64,000 bases of DNA from Patescibacteria group bacterium (lineage in GTDB: Bacteria > Patescibacteriota > Microgenomatia > UBA10105 > UBA927). The notes beneath the pieces were generated by a model, which was given only the letters and a program-made list of their open reading frames with translations, searched no databases and was not told the DNA's origin. Both the position numbers and the translations under genes were made by a program. This document shows positions 19,125 to 27,319 of the stretch, piece after piece; the first letter of the stretch is position 1; the number at the start of each line of letters is the position of its first letter. The stretch covers positions 114,448-178,447 of the forward strand of contig JBBTWJ010000003.1 of NCBI GenBank assembly GCA_038062895.1, in the 5' to 3' direction.

Positions 19125-20334
19125 ACAATTTCTTAACTTTCTCTAATCCTTCTACCAGAGCGTCTACGTCCGACTTCGTGGTGTAGACGTAAAAAGAAGC
19201 GCGGGCGGTCGCCGGTATGTGTAAATATTCATGGAGAGGCATGGCGCAGTGGTGCCCGGCCCGGATACATACATTATCCTCATTTAATAGTTGGGCGATG
19301 TCATGGGCATGGCTGCCTTTCATCGTGAAAGCAATAACACCCCCGCGGTCTTTTGCCTTGGGGGGACCAATCACAGAAACGCCCTTGATCGTAGCCAAGC
19401 CTTTAAGCGCGTAGTCGGTAATCTCTACTTCATGACTGCGCACCGCATCCATACCTATACTTGTAAGGTAATCAACTGCCGCACCCAACCCAATGACCCC
19501 CGCAATATGCGGAGTCCCGGCTTCAAATTTATGCGGCGGTGCGGCAAAAACCGTCCGATCCGCATGGACCTCTTTGATCATCTCGCCGCCATATTGATAG
19601 GGAGCAAATTCCTCCAGCAATGCACGGTGTGCCCAGAGGACACCGACGCCGGTGGGACCGAGCATCTTATGGCTTGAAAATGCAACCGCGTCCGCCCCCC
19701 AATCTTTTACATTTATCTTCATATGCGGCACAGCCTGGGCTGCATCAACAAGAACAAGACAATTGGGATTAATGCGCTTGGCAATCCGGCTAATTTGCCG
19801 TATTGGGTTGATGGTACCCAGGACATTGGATACGGCGGTAATGGCAAGGAGCTTTGTTTTTTTCGTAACAAGCTTTTCTAAATCCTTTATGTTGAGTACT
19901 CCGGAGGCATCAATGTTCCAAATCCGAAACGGCACACCAAATCCCAACGCCAATTGTTGCCATGGAACAAAGTTGGAATGATGCTCCATGATGCTCGTAA
20001 CCAACTCACCCCCGTGAAGATTCATGCGCGAGAGGGCGTTCATGACCACGTTAAGGGATTCTGATGCATTGCGGGTAAATACTATCTCATCGGAAGAAAA
20101 AGCGCCGATAAAACGCGCCACCTTGTCGCGTGCTTTTTCAAACTCTTCCGTGGCTTCCTCGCTTGTCGTATAAATACCACGGAATACATTAGCACAATAG
20201 GTGGTGTAATACTCTTCTTCTTTGGCTATCACCTGATCGGGCTTGAGCGACGTGGCAGTCGAGTCCAGATAGACCAACCGCTTTCCGTTTATCTTCCTTT
20301 TCAATTGAGGAAAATCCCTGCGAAGATCTTTCAT
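19117..20334 (-). CDS. sufS: cysteine desulfurase SufS
   Basis: Class V aminotransferase fold with the SufS-type RAGHHCA motif. Confidence 0.9.
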   Translation of the reverse strand: MKDLRRDFPQLKRKINGKRLVYLDSTATSLKPDQVIAKEEEYYTTYCANVFRGIYTTSEEATEEFEKARDKVARFIGAFSSDEIVFTRNASESLNVVMNALSRMNLHGGELVTSIMEHHSNFVPWQQLALGFGVPFRIWNIDASGVLNIKDLEKLVTKKTKLLAITAVSNVLGTINPIRQISRIAKRINPNCLVLVDAAQAVPHMKINVKDWGADAVAFSSHKMLGPTGVGVLWAHRALLEEFAPYQYGGEMIKEVHADRTVFAAPPHKFEAGTPHIAGVIGLGAAVDYLTSIGMDAVRSHEVEITDYALKGLATIKGVSVIGPPKAKDRGGVIAFTMKGSHAHDIAQLLNEDNVCIRAGHHCAMPLHEYLHIPATARASFYVYTTKSDVDALVEGLEKVKKLFA

Positions 20335-20335
20335 A

Positions 20336-20467
20336 CCAGGTAGTAGAAACTCGATATATTTTTTTTCAACATAAAAAAATATAGAATCCTTATAATCTTT
20401 ACAAAATATTATATACCCTCATAGTCTGCTCCTGGACCAACTCAACAATCGAGTTTTCACTACCTGG
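20336..20467. repeat. inverted-repeat-bounded element, copy 3 (arms CCAGGTAGTAGAAACTCGAT / ATCGAGTTTTCACTACCTGG)
   Basis: Left arm 1 nt from the sufS ATG; right arm directly abuts the Rieske-gene stop codon. Confidence 0.55.
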
Positions 20468-20779
20468 TCATATCGCAATCAATATATCATTTTCTTCTAC
20501 TTTCACGGAATAACTTTTTACATCCACGACCGCGGGCAAACTCATAACCTTGCCGTTGGTGACGTCAAACTGTGCGCCGTGGCAGCCGCAGGTAACGACG
20601 CTGCCATCTATAAATCCTTCACTCCCCAACGAACACTGCGCATGGCTGCACGTATCGTCTATGGCAAAAAACTCGCCGTCAACATGAGCAACGGCAATTG
20701 GCTTTCCGCCGACCATAACCGTTTTCATGCTTCCCGACGGAATATCATTTACGGAAAGCGCTTTTATAAAATCCGCCAT
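20468..20779 (-). CDS. Rieske [2Fe-2S] domain protein
   Basis: CSH-x16-CGCH Rieske ligand boxes. Confidence 0.8.
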   Translation of the reverse strand: MADFIKALSVNDIPSGSMKTVMVGGKPIAVAHVDGEFFAIDDTCSHAQCSLGSEGFIDGSVVTCGCHGAQFDVTNGKVMSLPAVVDVKSYSVKVEENDILIAI

Positions 20780-21399
20780 AATGATTTTCTGATCTTTTCC
20801 TGGCTTATTGTATCAGAAACCGTAGAAATTGCAGCTTCGAAAAATCCCTCAATCAACAGTTGTGTCGCCGCCGCCCTCGAAAGCCCGCGGCTGGCAAGAT
20901 ACCATAACTCATCTTCACTCGGCTTTCCCGTGGTAGAACCATGCGTACAGCGTACATCGTTGGCTAAAATCTCAAGCGCAGGTTCGCTTCTGGCGTGCGC
21001 ATCTGGAGAAAGCATAAGGTTTTCGTTTTTTTGGTATGCATCAGTCTTTTGCGCGGACTCCTCTACCCGAATGACTCCGTCATAGGAAAACTGCACCTGA
21101 TCAAAAAGTGCGGCTTTTACTAATAGATTGCTCGTCGTACCCGCGGCCTCGTGAATTTGTTCTGTATGAATCAAAATCCGGTGATCACCCCGCCCCACGA
21201 CAAGACCGACAATATTTGCCGAGGCTCCCCGACCGGACAGGCGAACCCGCACGGCGATTTCCATATCTGCTTTTTGCGTGACCATCAAGATAAGGTCAAG
21301 GTGTTCGTTTTCTAGCACAGCATATTCGTATGAGGCTTTGCTTCTACTTATTTCCTGAATAATTGTTTTCGTTTGACTATTGTGAATTTGAGCGTTCAT
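20764..21399 (-). CDS. sufD: SufD-like FeS assembly protein (short form)
   Basis: SufB/SufD C-terminal beta-helix region (LANDVRCTHGSTTGKPSEDELWYLASRGL). Confidence 0.7.
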   Translation of the reverse strand: MNAQIHNSQTKTIIQEISRSKASYEYAVLENEHLDLILMVTQKADMEIAVRVRLSGRGASANIVGLVVGRGDHRILIHTEQIHEAAGTTSNLLVKAALFDQVQFSYDGVIRVEESAQKTDAYQKNENLMLSPDAHARSEPALEILANDVRCTHGSTTGKPSEDELWYLASRGLSRAAATQLLIEGFFEAAISTVSDTISQEKIRKSLWRIL

Positions 21400-21517
21400 A
21401 TTTCTAACCGACTGAGCCTTCTCCCAAACCTGCCTTACTTGCTCCCGTGCTCTACGTGCACGCGTCGCAAGAGCGGCGATTCGGGACTTCGTCCTTCGAT
21501 AAACTCAGGACTCGCAT

Positions 21518-24130
21518 TTATCCAACACTTCCCTCCATTTGTAATTGAATAAGTCTATTTAATTCGACGGCGTACTCGAGCGGGAGTTCTTTGACGATGG
21601 GCTCGATAAATCCATTAACAATCATGGACTCTGCCTGTGCTTTGCCAATCCCGCGGCTTTCAAGATAAAATAGTTGTTCATCCCCGATTTTAGAAACTCT
21701 CGCCTCATGCTCGATCGACACATCCTGCTCATCTATCTTCATCGTGGGATAGGTATCGGAGCGCGAAGCAGCATCGAGCAGTAATGCGTCACAAACGACT
21801 TTACTTTTGCTGTTGGTGGCACCCGGGATTACTTGTACCAGCCCCCGGTACGACGTTCTCCCCCCGCCCCGGCTTATGGATTTGGAAATAATCTGTGATG
21901 TGGTTTCCGGCGCCAAGTGCACTACTTTCCCTCCTGCATCTTGATGTTGCCCTGCTCCGGCATAAGCAATCGAAAGGATTTCTCCGCGTGCTTTTCTCCC
22001 CACTAAATAGACGCTCGGGTACTTCATGGTGAGTTTGGAATTATGAACGATGAAGCCTTGTGAAATGAAATTGCCTGTCCCCTCAACTTCGATATCCCAT
22101 GTAGGAATCAGATCGGAGGACTGCTTAGAAACTACAACTGGCACTATCTCAACAGTGTTATGTAATGTAATGCTTGAGCGCCCGACGAGTCTATGCATTT
22201 GAAGTTTTTTTGTCGATCGCCCTAGTATTTGTTTACGCATACCCGTACTCACGAAGTTCGCAAATCTATAATCTATCGGAAAATCCAGCCTATACGCGCC
22301 ATGCGCGATAGATGACACACCTAAAATACGAACTCGTTTTGGTTGGCTGAATTCGACATGAAGTCGAGATGTAATTCCGAGCGTTACGAGAAGTGACGCA
22401 ATATCTTCCAAAAGCGGTCGATTGACCGATTTAATATGAAATCGGTCATCAATGTTCCCGTCGGCATCCAAGTAGCCTGCGATAAATGATAACCGTTGCG
22501 ACTGGGGAAGCGACCACACCCATTGAGGAACACGCTTAGTCGCTGCGGTACCTAAAAATCCGTTAAGGCGAAAAAGCTCTGTAATCTCTTTACTGCTCCA
22601 AGCGAGATGGTGACCATCGGATCGTTCGGTAGGTGCAATATTCGTCAACGTCCGCATACAACTCATTAAGCGTTCCCTTGCTCTATCTTGGCGAGGCGTC
22701 GAGAAACCAACTTTCGCCCAACGAATAACTCCTTTTGTTTTTCCAAAGCGCAAATCTATGTTGCCATCGCCAATCCAATACCCGAATAACCACATCATTG
22801 CATCATCTGTATGTGCTATTTTTATCATCCTGGCTGCTCTTATACGTGTCATTTTCAATGATGAAGCATACTGATTATATGATTCAAACGTTGTAATCAA
22901 CCCGGGCATCTTCAGTGAATATTGAGCACCATAATCAATAGAAACACGGGGAACAATTGCTTTTTTTAGCTGATCAGCACGGACGTATGCCAGTCGGTAC
23001 CGTCCGAGCTTCTTGGGTTTTTGGACATCGTATATATATGAATAAAATGGATGGTTAGCAGTAACTCTTAGTGTTCGTTTTCCGATGGAAACCGTATGTA
23101 CAGGTTGACGACCGGAAAAACGCTTCGCTTTTACTTTTTGGAAGCAGAGTATTCCTTTTTGGTCATCATAGGAGAGAACTTTATCACCTAACGCAAGAGA
23201 CTCAATTGTTTTCACTCCTTCGGGAGTAGTCACTGTCGAACCCTCTGCTAAACAACCTAAATTTCCGTCGACCCATTCCATGACGCCTTCCTCTTCTACC
23301 CGCGCGCGCTTGGTGACCAGGTTATAGACATTGGTACTCCAATTTTGGATGGTGGTGTAACGGACCCGCGCTCCCTTTTTCACAATGATCTCAACCACTG
23401 CGCTATGGAGTGAATCTGTCGTGTAAATGGGAGCGGTGCATCCTTCGACGTAATGGACGAAGCTCCCCTCCTCGGCAATGATGAGGGTGCGCTCGAACTG
23501 TCCCATGTTGGCCGCATTGATACGGAAATACGCCTGAAGCGGCAAGTCCACGCGTACGCCTTTGGGCACATACACAAATGAACCTCCGGACCAAACTGCG
23601 CTATTGAGCGCAGCAAATTTATTATCTCCGGGAGGAATAATGGTGCCAAAGTACTGTTTCACAATCTCCGGATGCTCACGAAGTCCCGAATCCATATCCA
23701 AAAAAATGACCCCTTTTTTGCTAAGCGTTTCATGAATACTTTTGTACACAACTTCCGACTCATACTGTGCGCTGACCCCCGAAAGAAATTTCTTTTCCGC
23801 CTCCGGAATGCCAATCCGGTCATACGTATCACGGATTTCTACCGGAAGATCCTCCCAGCGCGATGCACGTTTTTCCGTCGGATTAATATAGTAGTAGATA
23901 TCATCAAAATTGATAGTCGTGAGATCTCCCCCCCACGCGGGTAAGGGTTTGCGGAAAAATTGATCAAGCGCTTTCAGCCGGAACTGCCGCATCCAGGGAG
24001 GGTCATTTTTCCGTACGCTCAATTCTTCAACAACGGTGCGGTCGAGCCCTTTTTTTGATTTAAATACGTAATTTTCCGGCTTGCGGAAACCATATTTGTA
24101 ACTACCGTTTACTGGTTTAAATTGGAGCAT
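21518..24130 (-). CDS. sufB: FeS-cluster assembly protein SufB interrupted by a 405-aa intein
   Basis: Exteins total 465 aa and read as canonical SufB (...EWVDGNLG / SKLTMKYPSVYL...); the inserted segment starts with Cys and ends with His-Asn, followed by Ser. Confidence 0.9.
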   Translation of the reverse strand: MLQFKPVNGSYKYGFRKPENYVFKSKKGLDRTVVEELSVRKNDPPWMRQFRLKALDQFFRKPLPAWGGDLTTINFDDIYYYINPTEKRASRWEDLPVEIRDTYDRIGIPEAEKKFLSGVSAQYESEVVYKSIHETLSKKGVIFLDMDSGLREHPEIVKQYFGTIIPPGDNKFAALNSAVWSGGSFVYVPKGVRVDLPLQAYFRINAANMGQFERTLIIAEEGSFVHYVEGCTAPIYTTDSLHSAVVEIIVKKGARVRYTTIQNWSTNVYNLVTKRARVEEEGVMEWVDGNLGCLAEGSTVTTPEGVKTIESLALGDKVLSYDDQKGILCFQKVKAKRFSGRQPVHTVSIGKRTLRVTANHPFYSYIYDVQKPKKLGRYRLAYVRADQLKKAIVPRVSIDYGAQYSLKMPGLITTFESYNQYASSLKMTRIRAARMIKIAHTDDAMMWLFGYWIGDGNIDLRFGKTKGVIRWAKVGFSTPRQDRARERLMSCMRTLTNIAPTERSDGHHLAWSSKEITELFRLNGFLGTAATKRVPQWVWSLPQSQRLSFIAGYLDADGNIDDRFHIKSVNRPLLEDIASLLVTLGITSRLHVEFSQPKRVRILGVSSIAHGAYRLDFPIDYRFANFVSTGMRKQILGRSTKKLQMHRLVGRSSITLHNTVEIVPVVVSKQSSDLIPTWDIEVEGTGNFISQGFIVHNSKLTMKYPSVYLVGRKARGEILSIAYAGAGQHQDAGGKVVHLAPETTSQIISKSISRGGGRTSYRGLVQVIPGATNSKSKVVCDALLLDAASRSDTYPTMKIDEQDVSIEHEARVSKIGDEQLFYLESRGIGKAQAESMIVNGFIEPIVKELPLEYAVELNRLIQLQMEGSVG
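22040..23254 (-). mobile_element. intein with a LAGLIDADG homing-endonuclease domain inside sufB (residues 293-697)
   Basis: N-terminal CLAEGSTV splicing block, two LAGLIDADG motifs (LFGYWIGDGN and IAGYLDADGN), C-terminal ...FIVHN followed by +1 Ser. Confidence 0.85.
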
Positions 24131-24253
24131 AAGACATTAGAAATTCGTTCATCGATATTCGAAATTCGTAATAGAAATTCGAATTATAATAGAAAATCGA
24201 TTCTCTGTTATCTAATTTCGATAACGAATTTCCGGTTTCGATACATCGAAATT
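24131..24253. repeat. palindrome-rich intergenic element (GAAATTCG / CGAATTTC / TTCGATAACG units) between sufB and sufC
   Basis: Shares the blocks ATTCGTAATAGAAATTCGAA, TTTCGATAACGAATTTC and TATTTTCGA with the secF-secD intergenic element at 49181-49279. Confidence 0.5.
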
Positions 24254-25090
24254 CTATTTTCGAGATTGATAACCAGAATATCCTTCCTTCTCTATCTTCT
24301 TGGCGAGCTGGGCCGGGCCTGTTTTCACAATTTTCCCATCAACGAGAATGTGTACGACGTCCGGAGTGACGTAACGGAGAATCCGATTATAGTGGGTGAT
24401 AATGATGACCCCGGTTTTTTGTTTCCGTAGGATATCAATTCCTTTGCCAACCACACGCAGTGCGTCAACATCCAGTCCGGTGTCTATTTCGTCAAAAATA
24501 GCAATCTTCGGAGCCAACACTAATGCTTGGAGCATTTCCACTTTCTTCTTCTCCCCTCCGGAAAACCCATCATGAATGCTCCGCGATAAAAATGACTCAT
24601 CCAACCGAAGCGCACGGGCATGCTGTTTCACCAAAGAAGAAAATTCGGATAACCCCATGCCATTTGCTTGCCATCGCCGGGCAAGGACCGGATTTTGAAC
24701 GACGTGTTGCGCTTGTTCTATGGAAGGATGAATCTGTTGATATGCAGTCCGTAATAACTGCATCACGCTTATCCCGAGGATGGCTATTGGCGATTGGATG
24801 GCAAGATAGAGCCCTGCTTTCGCCCGTTCTTCAGTGGGCAACGAAATAATTTTTTTGTTTCCGATTGTGATTTGTGATTTGTGATTTGTGATTTGATAAG
24901 AGGGGTGTCCCATGAGCGCATAGGCAAACGTCGATTTTCCGCTTCCATTGGGCCCCATAATCACATGCACCTGTCCTGCGGCAACATCTAGAGAGATACC
25001 TTTTAATACCTCTTTCCCTTCCACTGAAGCATAAAGGTTGCCAACGTGAAGAGTTGAAGTTATATTTTTTGTTTTGGTAGATTTTTTCAT
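24254..25090 (-). CDS. sufC: FeS assembly ATPase SufC
   Basis: ABC ATPase motifs GPNGSGKST and LSGGEKKK; start at the ATG with AAGGAGG 7 nt upstream (25090), not the longer ORF. Confidence 0.9.
   Translation of the reverse strand: MKKSTKTKNITSTLHVGNLYASVEGKEVLKGISLDVAAGQVHVIMGPNGSGKSTFAYALMGHPSYQITNHKSQITIGNKKIISLPTEERAKAGLYLAIQSPIAILGISVMQLLRTAYQQIHPSIEQAQHVVQNPVLARRWQANGMGLSEFSSLVKQHARALRLDESFLSRSIHDGFSGGEKKKVEMLQALVLAPKIAIFDEIDTGLDVDALRVVGKGIDILRKQKTGVIIITHYNRILRYVTPDVVHILVDGKIVKTGPAQLAKKIEKEGYSGYQSRK
24866..24893. repeat. tandem heptamer TGTGATT x4 inside sufC (encodes QITNHKSQIT)
   Basis: Four perfect 7-nt units; 28 nt in an intact reading frame. Confidence 0.6.
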
Positions 25091-25479
25091 TGGGTAACCT
25101 CCTTGAGAGAAATTTCTTCCAGCCGCTCTTTCATACTTACGGATAGTCTGGCCCGAATATGCTGTGGCAAACAAGATGTATTCACGGGACAAGTGATACG
25201 TGAGGAATTTGACTCGTCCGAATTGGTTTGAAAAGCGGAAATAATTTCCCACATAGATATGGTTTCCGGCTTACGCGCTAATATATAACCACCTCCGATG
25301 CCTTCCTTGCTCTCCACGAGACCAGACGCTTTGAGCGACCGGACAATCTTTTTGAGAAACAAAAGCGAAACGCCATGGCGCCTGCTTATGGCAATAAGAG
25401 AACGCGGCTGCGTGCCACGAATACAAGCGAGCTCGCCCATGAGAAGTAGTCCATAGTGTTCGTTTTTTTGGAAATGCAT
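25087..25479 (-). CDS. Rrf2-family transcriptional regulator (IscR/SufR-like)
   Basis: N-terminal Rrf2 HTH (ACIRGTQPRSLIAISRRHGVSLLFLKKIVRSLKASGLVES) and a C-terminal cysteine pair CPVNTSC; overlaps the sufC start by 4 bp. Confidence 0.75.
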   Translation of the reverse strand: MHFQKNEHYGLLLMGELACIRGTQPRSLIAISRRHGVSLLFLKKIVRSLKASGLVESKEGIGGGYILARKPETISMWEIISAFQTNSDESNSSRITCPVNTSCLPQHIRARLSVSMKERLEEISLKEVTQ

Positions 25480-25539
25480 ACTAACTGATACTTGCGGAGT
25501 ATCAGTTTATCGTATTTACAATTCCGGGTCAACGGGGAT

Positions 25540-26154
25540 TTATAGACTATCGCGGACAACATCATTTTTTCCCATGAAGTACTCTTTCGTGCCTTCCATG
25601 TGGAGCATAAAATATTCCTGGTCTATAACCGTCGTAATCTCATCATCCGGTACTCCCCGCCAGGGTACTCCAAACGACTCTTTCGGCAACTGCCCGTCCC
25701 GAACTGCGCGAACTACTGTGCTGGCCGGCACGCAGGCATAATATAATGTAGGTTCGACTCTGTCCCCAACCATCTTCTCAAGCCGCTTAAACCAAAACTC
25801 ATCATATTTGAACGCCCGGATACGAAACTTTTTTTGAAGCCCTTCAAGCCACGATACATATTTTTGGTACGCATAGGTCGTGGCAAAGCACGTCTTAATA
25901 TGATCCGGATCGTTGTTAACCCCTGTTTTATCAAAGGTAATAACGACGTTAGGAAGCGTAAGCTCCATAGCACGGTAGATCGGATCCTCAAGCGTCCCCG
26001 GCGTAAGGGTGGCGAGCTTGCCGTTGGCATGACCCGCATCCGTAGCACAAAAACGTATGATCTCCCAACCGGCTTTCGTATATTTAGCGACCGTGCCGCT
26101 GACGGCAAATGATTCATCATCCGGATGAGCAAAAACAAGAAGCATCTTTTTCAT
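25540..26154 (-). CDS. PIG-L/LmbE-family N-acetylglucosaminyl deacetylase
   Basis: AHPDDE zinc-binding motif near the N-terminus. Confidence 0.8.
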   Translation of the reverse strand: MKKMLLVFAHPDDESFAVSGTVAKYTKAGWEIIRFCATDAGHANGKLATLTPGTLEDPIYRAMELTLPNVVITFDKTGVNNDPDHIKTCFATTYAYQKYVSWLEGLQKKFRIRAFKYDEFWFKRLEKMVGDRVEPTLYYACVPASTVVRAVRDGQLPKESFGVPWRGVPDDEITTVIDQEYFMLHMEGTKEYFMGKNDVVRDSL

Positions 26155-26219
26155 AAAATAAAAACCCCATTGTCTCGAAAAGGTTACTTATAGTACCTTA
26201 TTTCGTGCTCATCAAGCAA

Positions 26220-26423
26220 TTATTTAGTCGTCGACACTTGTGCAATTTCCCGTTTAAGATCGGCCACAATTGCCCGAAGGACCATCACTTCGTTGTGACG
26301 CATTTCCGACAGACCACTTTCGTGGACCACGCCGCGATACCGCTTCATTTTGCCGGCAAGCTTGGCTTCGTAATGATCAAGTTTAATCTTTAGGTCATCT
26401 ATTTTTTGTGCGTTGTCTATCAT
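26220..26423 (-). CDS. hypothetical small coiled-coil protein
   Basis: ORF only; overlaps the divergent methyltransferase start region. Confidence 0.2.
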   Translation of the reverse strand: MIDNAQKIDDLKIKLDHYEAKLAGKMKRYRGVVHESGLSEMRHNEVMVLRAIVADLKREIAQVSTTK

Positions 26424-26437
26424 GTTACAATCGTAGC

Positions 26438-27319
26438 ATGATAACAATCCCAATAGAATACCCTGACGATTGGACAGATTACGAACTCATCGATAGCGGT
26501 GATGGCACGAAACTCGAACGGTTTGGGGACTATGTCGTCGCAAGACCTGATCCCCGGGTGCTTTGGAAACCAAATAAATCTCCCGAAATCTGGAACAATG
26601 CCCATGCACACTATGTTCGTACAACGAACACCGAAGGGCATTGGAATATAAAAACCCCTCCCCCACCCCAATGGCTCATACACTATCATGATATGACGTT
26701 TCGTCTGGAACCGACGGTTTTTAAACACATCGGCATATTTCCGGAACAAGCAATAAACTGGGTGTGGCTTGAAAAAATTATAGCAAAACAACCGCTTTCC
26801 ATTCTCAATCTTTTTGCCTATACCGGAGCTGCATCTGTAGCCGCAGCCCGCGCCGGAGCCCGGGTCACGCACCTGGATAGCGTAAAAAGTGCTCTTACCT
26901 GGGCCAATGAGAATGCAAAACTCAACACGATACCCCAACATCAAATTCGATGGATAGAGGATGACGCGATGAAATTTGTCCTTCGGGAGGCCAAACGCAA
27001 AAATATGTATGATGGCATCATCCTGGACCCTCCCCGGTTTGGCCGCGGGAGCCGCGGCGAAGTGTGGAAACTTCTGGACGATCTACCCCGGCTTTTGTGC
27101 GAATGTGAAAGCATCCTTTCTCCTCATGCTCAATTTTTACTCGTCAATGCCTATACCGCGGACATCTCCGCGGTAGCTCTCGGGCAATTAGTAACATCCG
27201 CATTACAATCAAGGGGTGGATCCGTGTCATACGGCGAACTTGCGCTCAAAGAGTCCGGGGATAATGGCCGACTTCTCCCTAACGGCATTTTCGCGCGGTG
27301 GACTGCCCACAACATTTAA
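26438..27319 (+). CDS. class I SAM-dependent RNA methyltransferase (RlmI/YccW-like)
   Basis: SAM-binding LNLFAYTGAASVAAARAGARVTHLDS and catalytic DPPRF motif; start set at MITIPIEYP. Confidence 0.7.
   Translation: MITIPIEYPDDWTDYELIDSGDGTKLERFGDYVVARPDPRVLWKPNKSPEIWNNAHAHYVRTTNTEGHWNIKTPPPPQWLIHYHDMTFRLEPTVFKHIGIFPEQAINWVWLEKIIAKQPLSILNLFAYTGAASVAAARAGARVTHLDSVKSALTWANENAKLNTIPQHQIRWIEDDAMKFVLREAKRKNMYDGIILDPPRFGRGSRGEVWKLLDDLPRLLCECESILSPHAQFLLVNAYTADISAVALGQLVTSALQSRGGSVSYGELALKESGDNGRLLPNGIFARWTAHNI

Noticed and set aside
20579-21085. 168-aa + strand ORF antisense to Rieske/sufD, in frame with an inverted-repeat arm
   Set aside because: Low-complexity translation with no motifs, fully overlapped by conserved minus-strand genes; likely a stop-poor antisense frame. 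The same applies to the TTG ORF at 13137-13352 antisense to korB.
23380-23944. Small ORFs inside the sufB intein region on both strands
   Set aside because: Internal to the intact sufB/intein reading frame; no independent support.
26220-26453. 77-aa minus ORF overlapping the methyltransferase start
   Set aside because: Kept only as a low-confidence shortened CDS (26220-26423). The full-length version overlaps the better-supported + strand gene start and has no motif.
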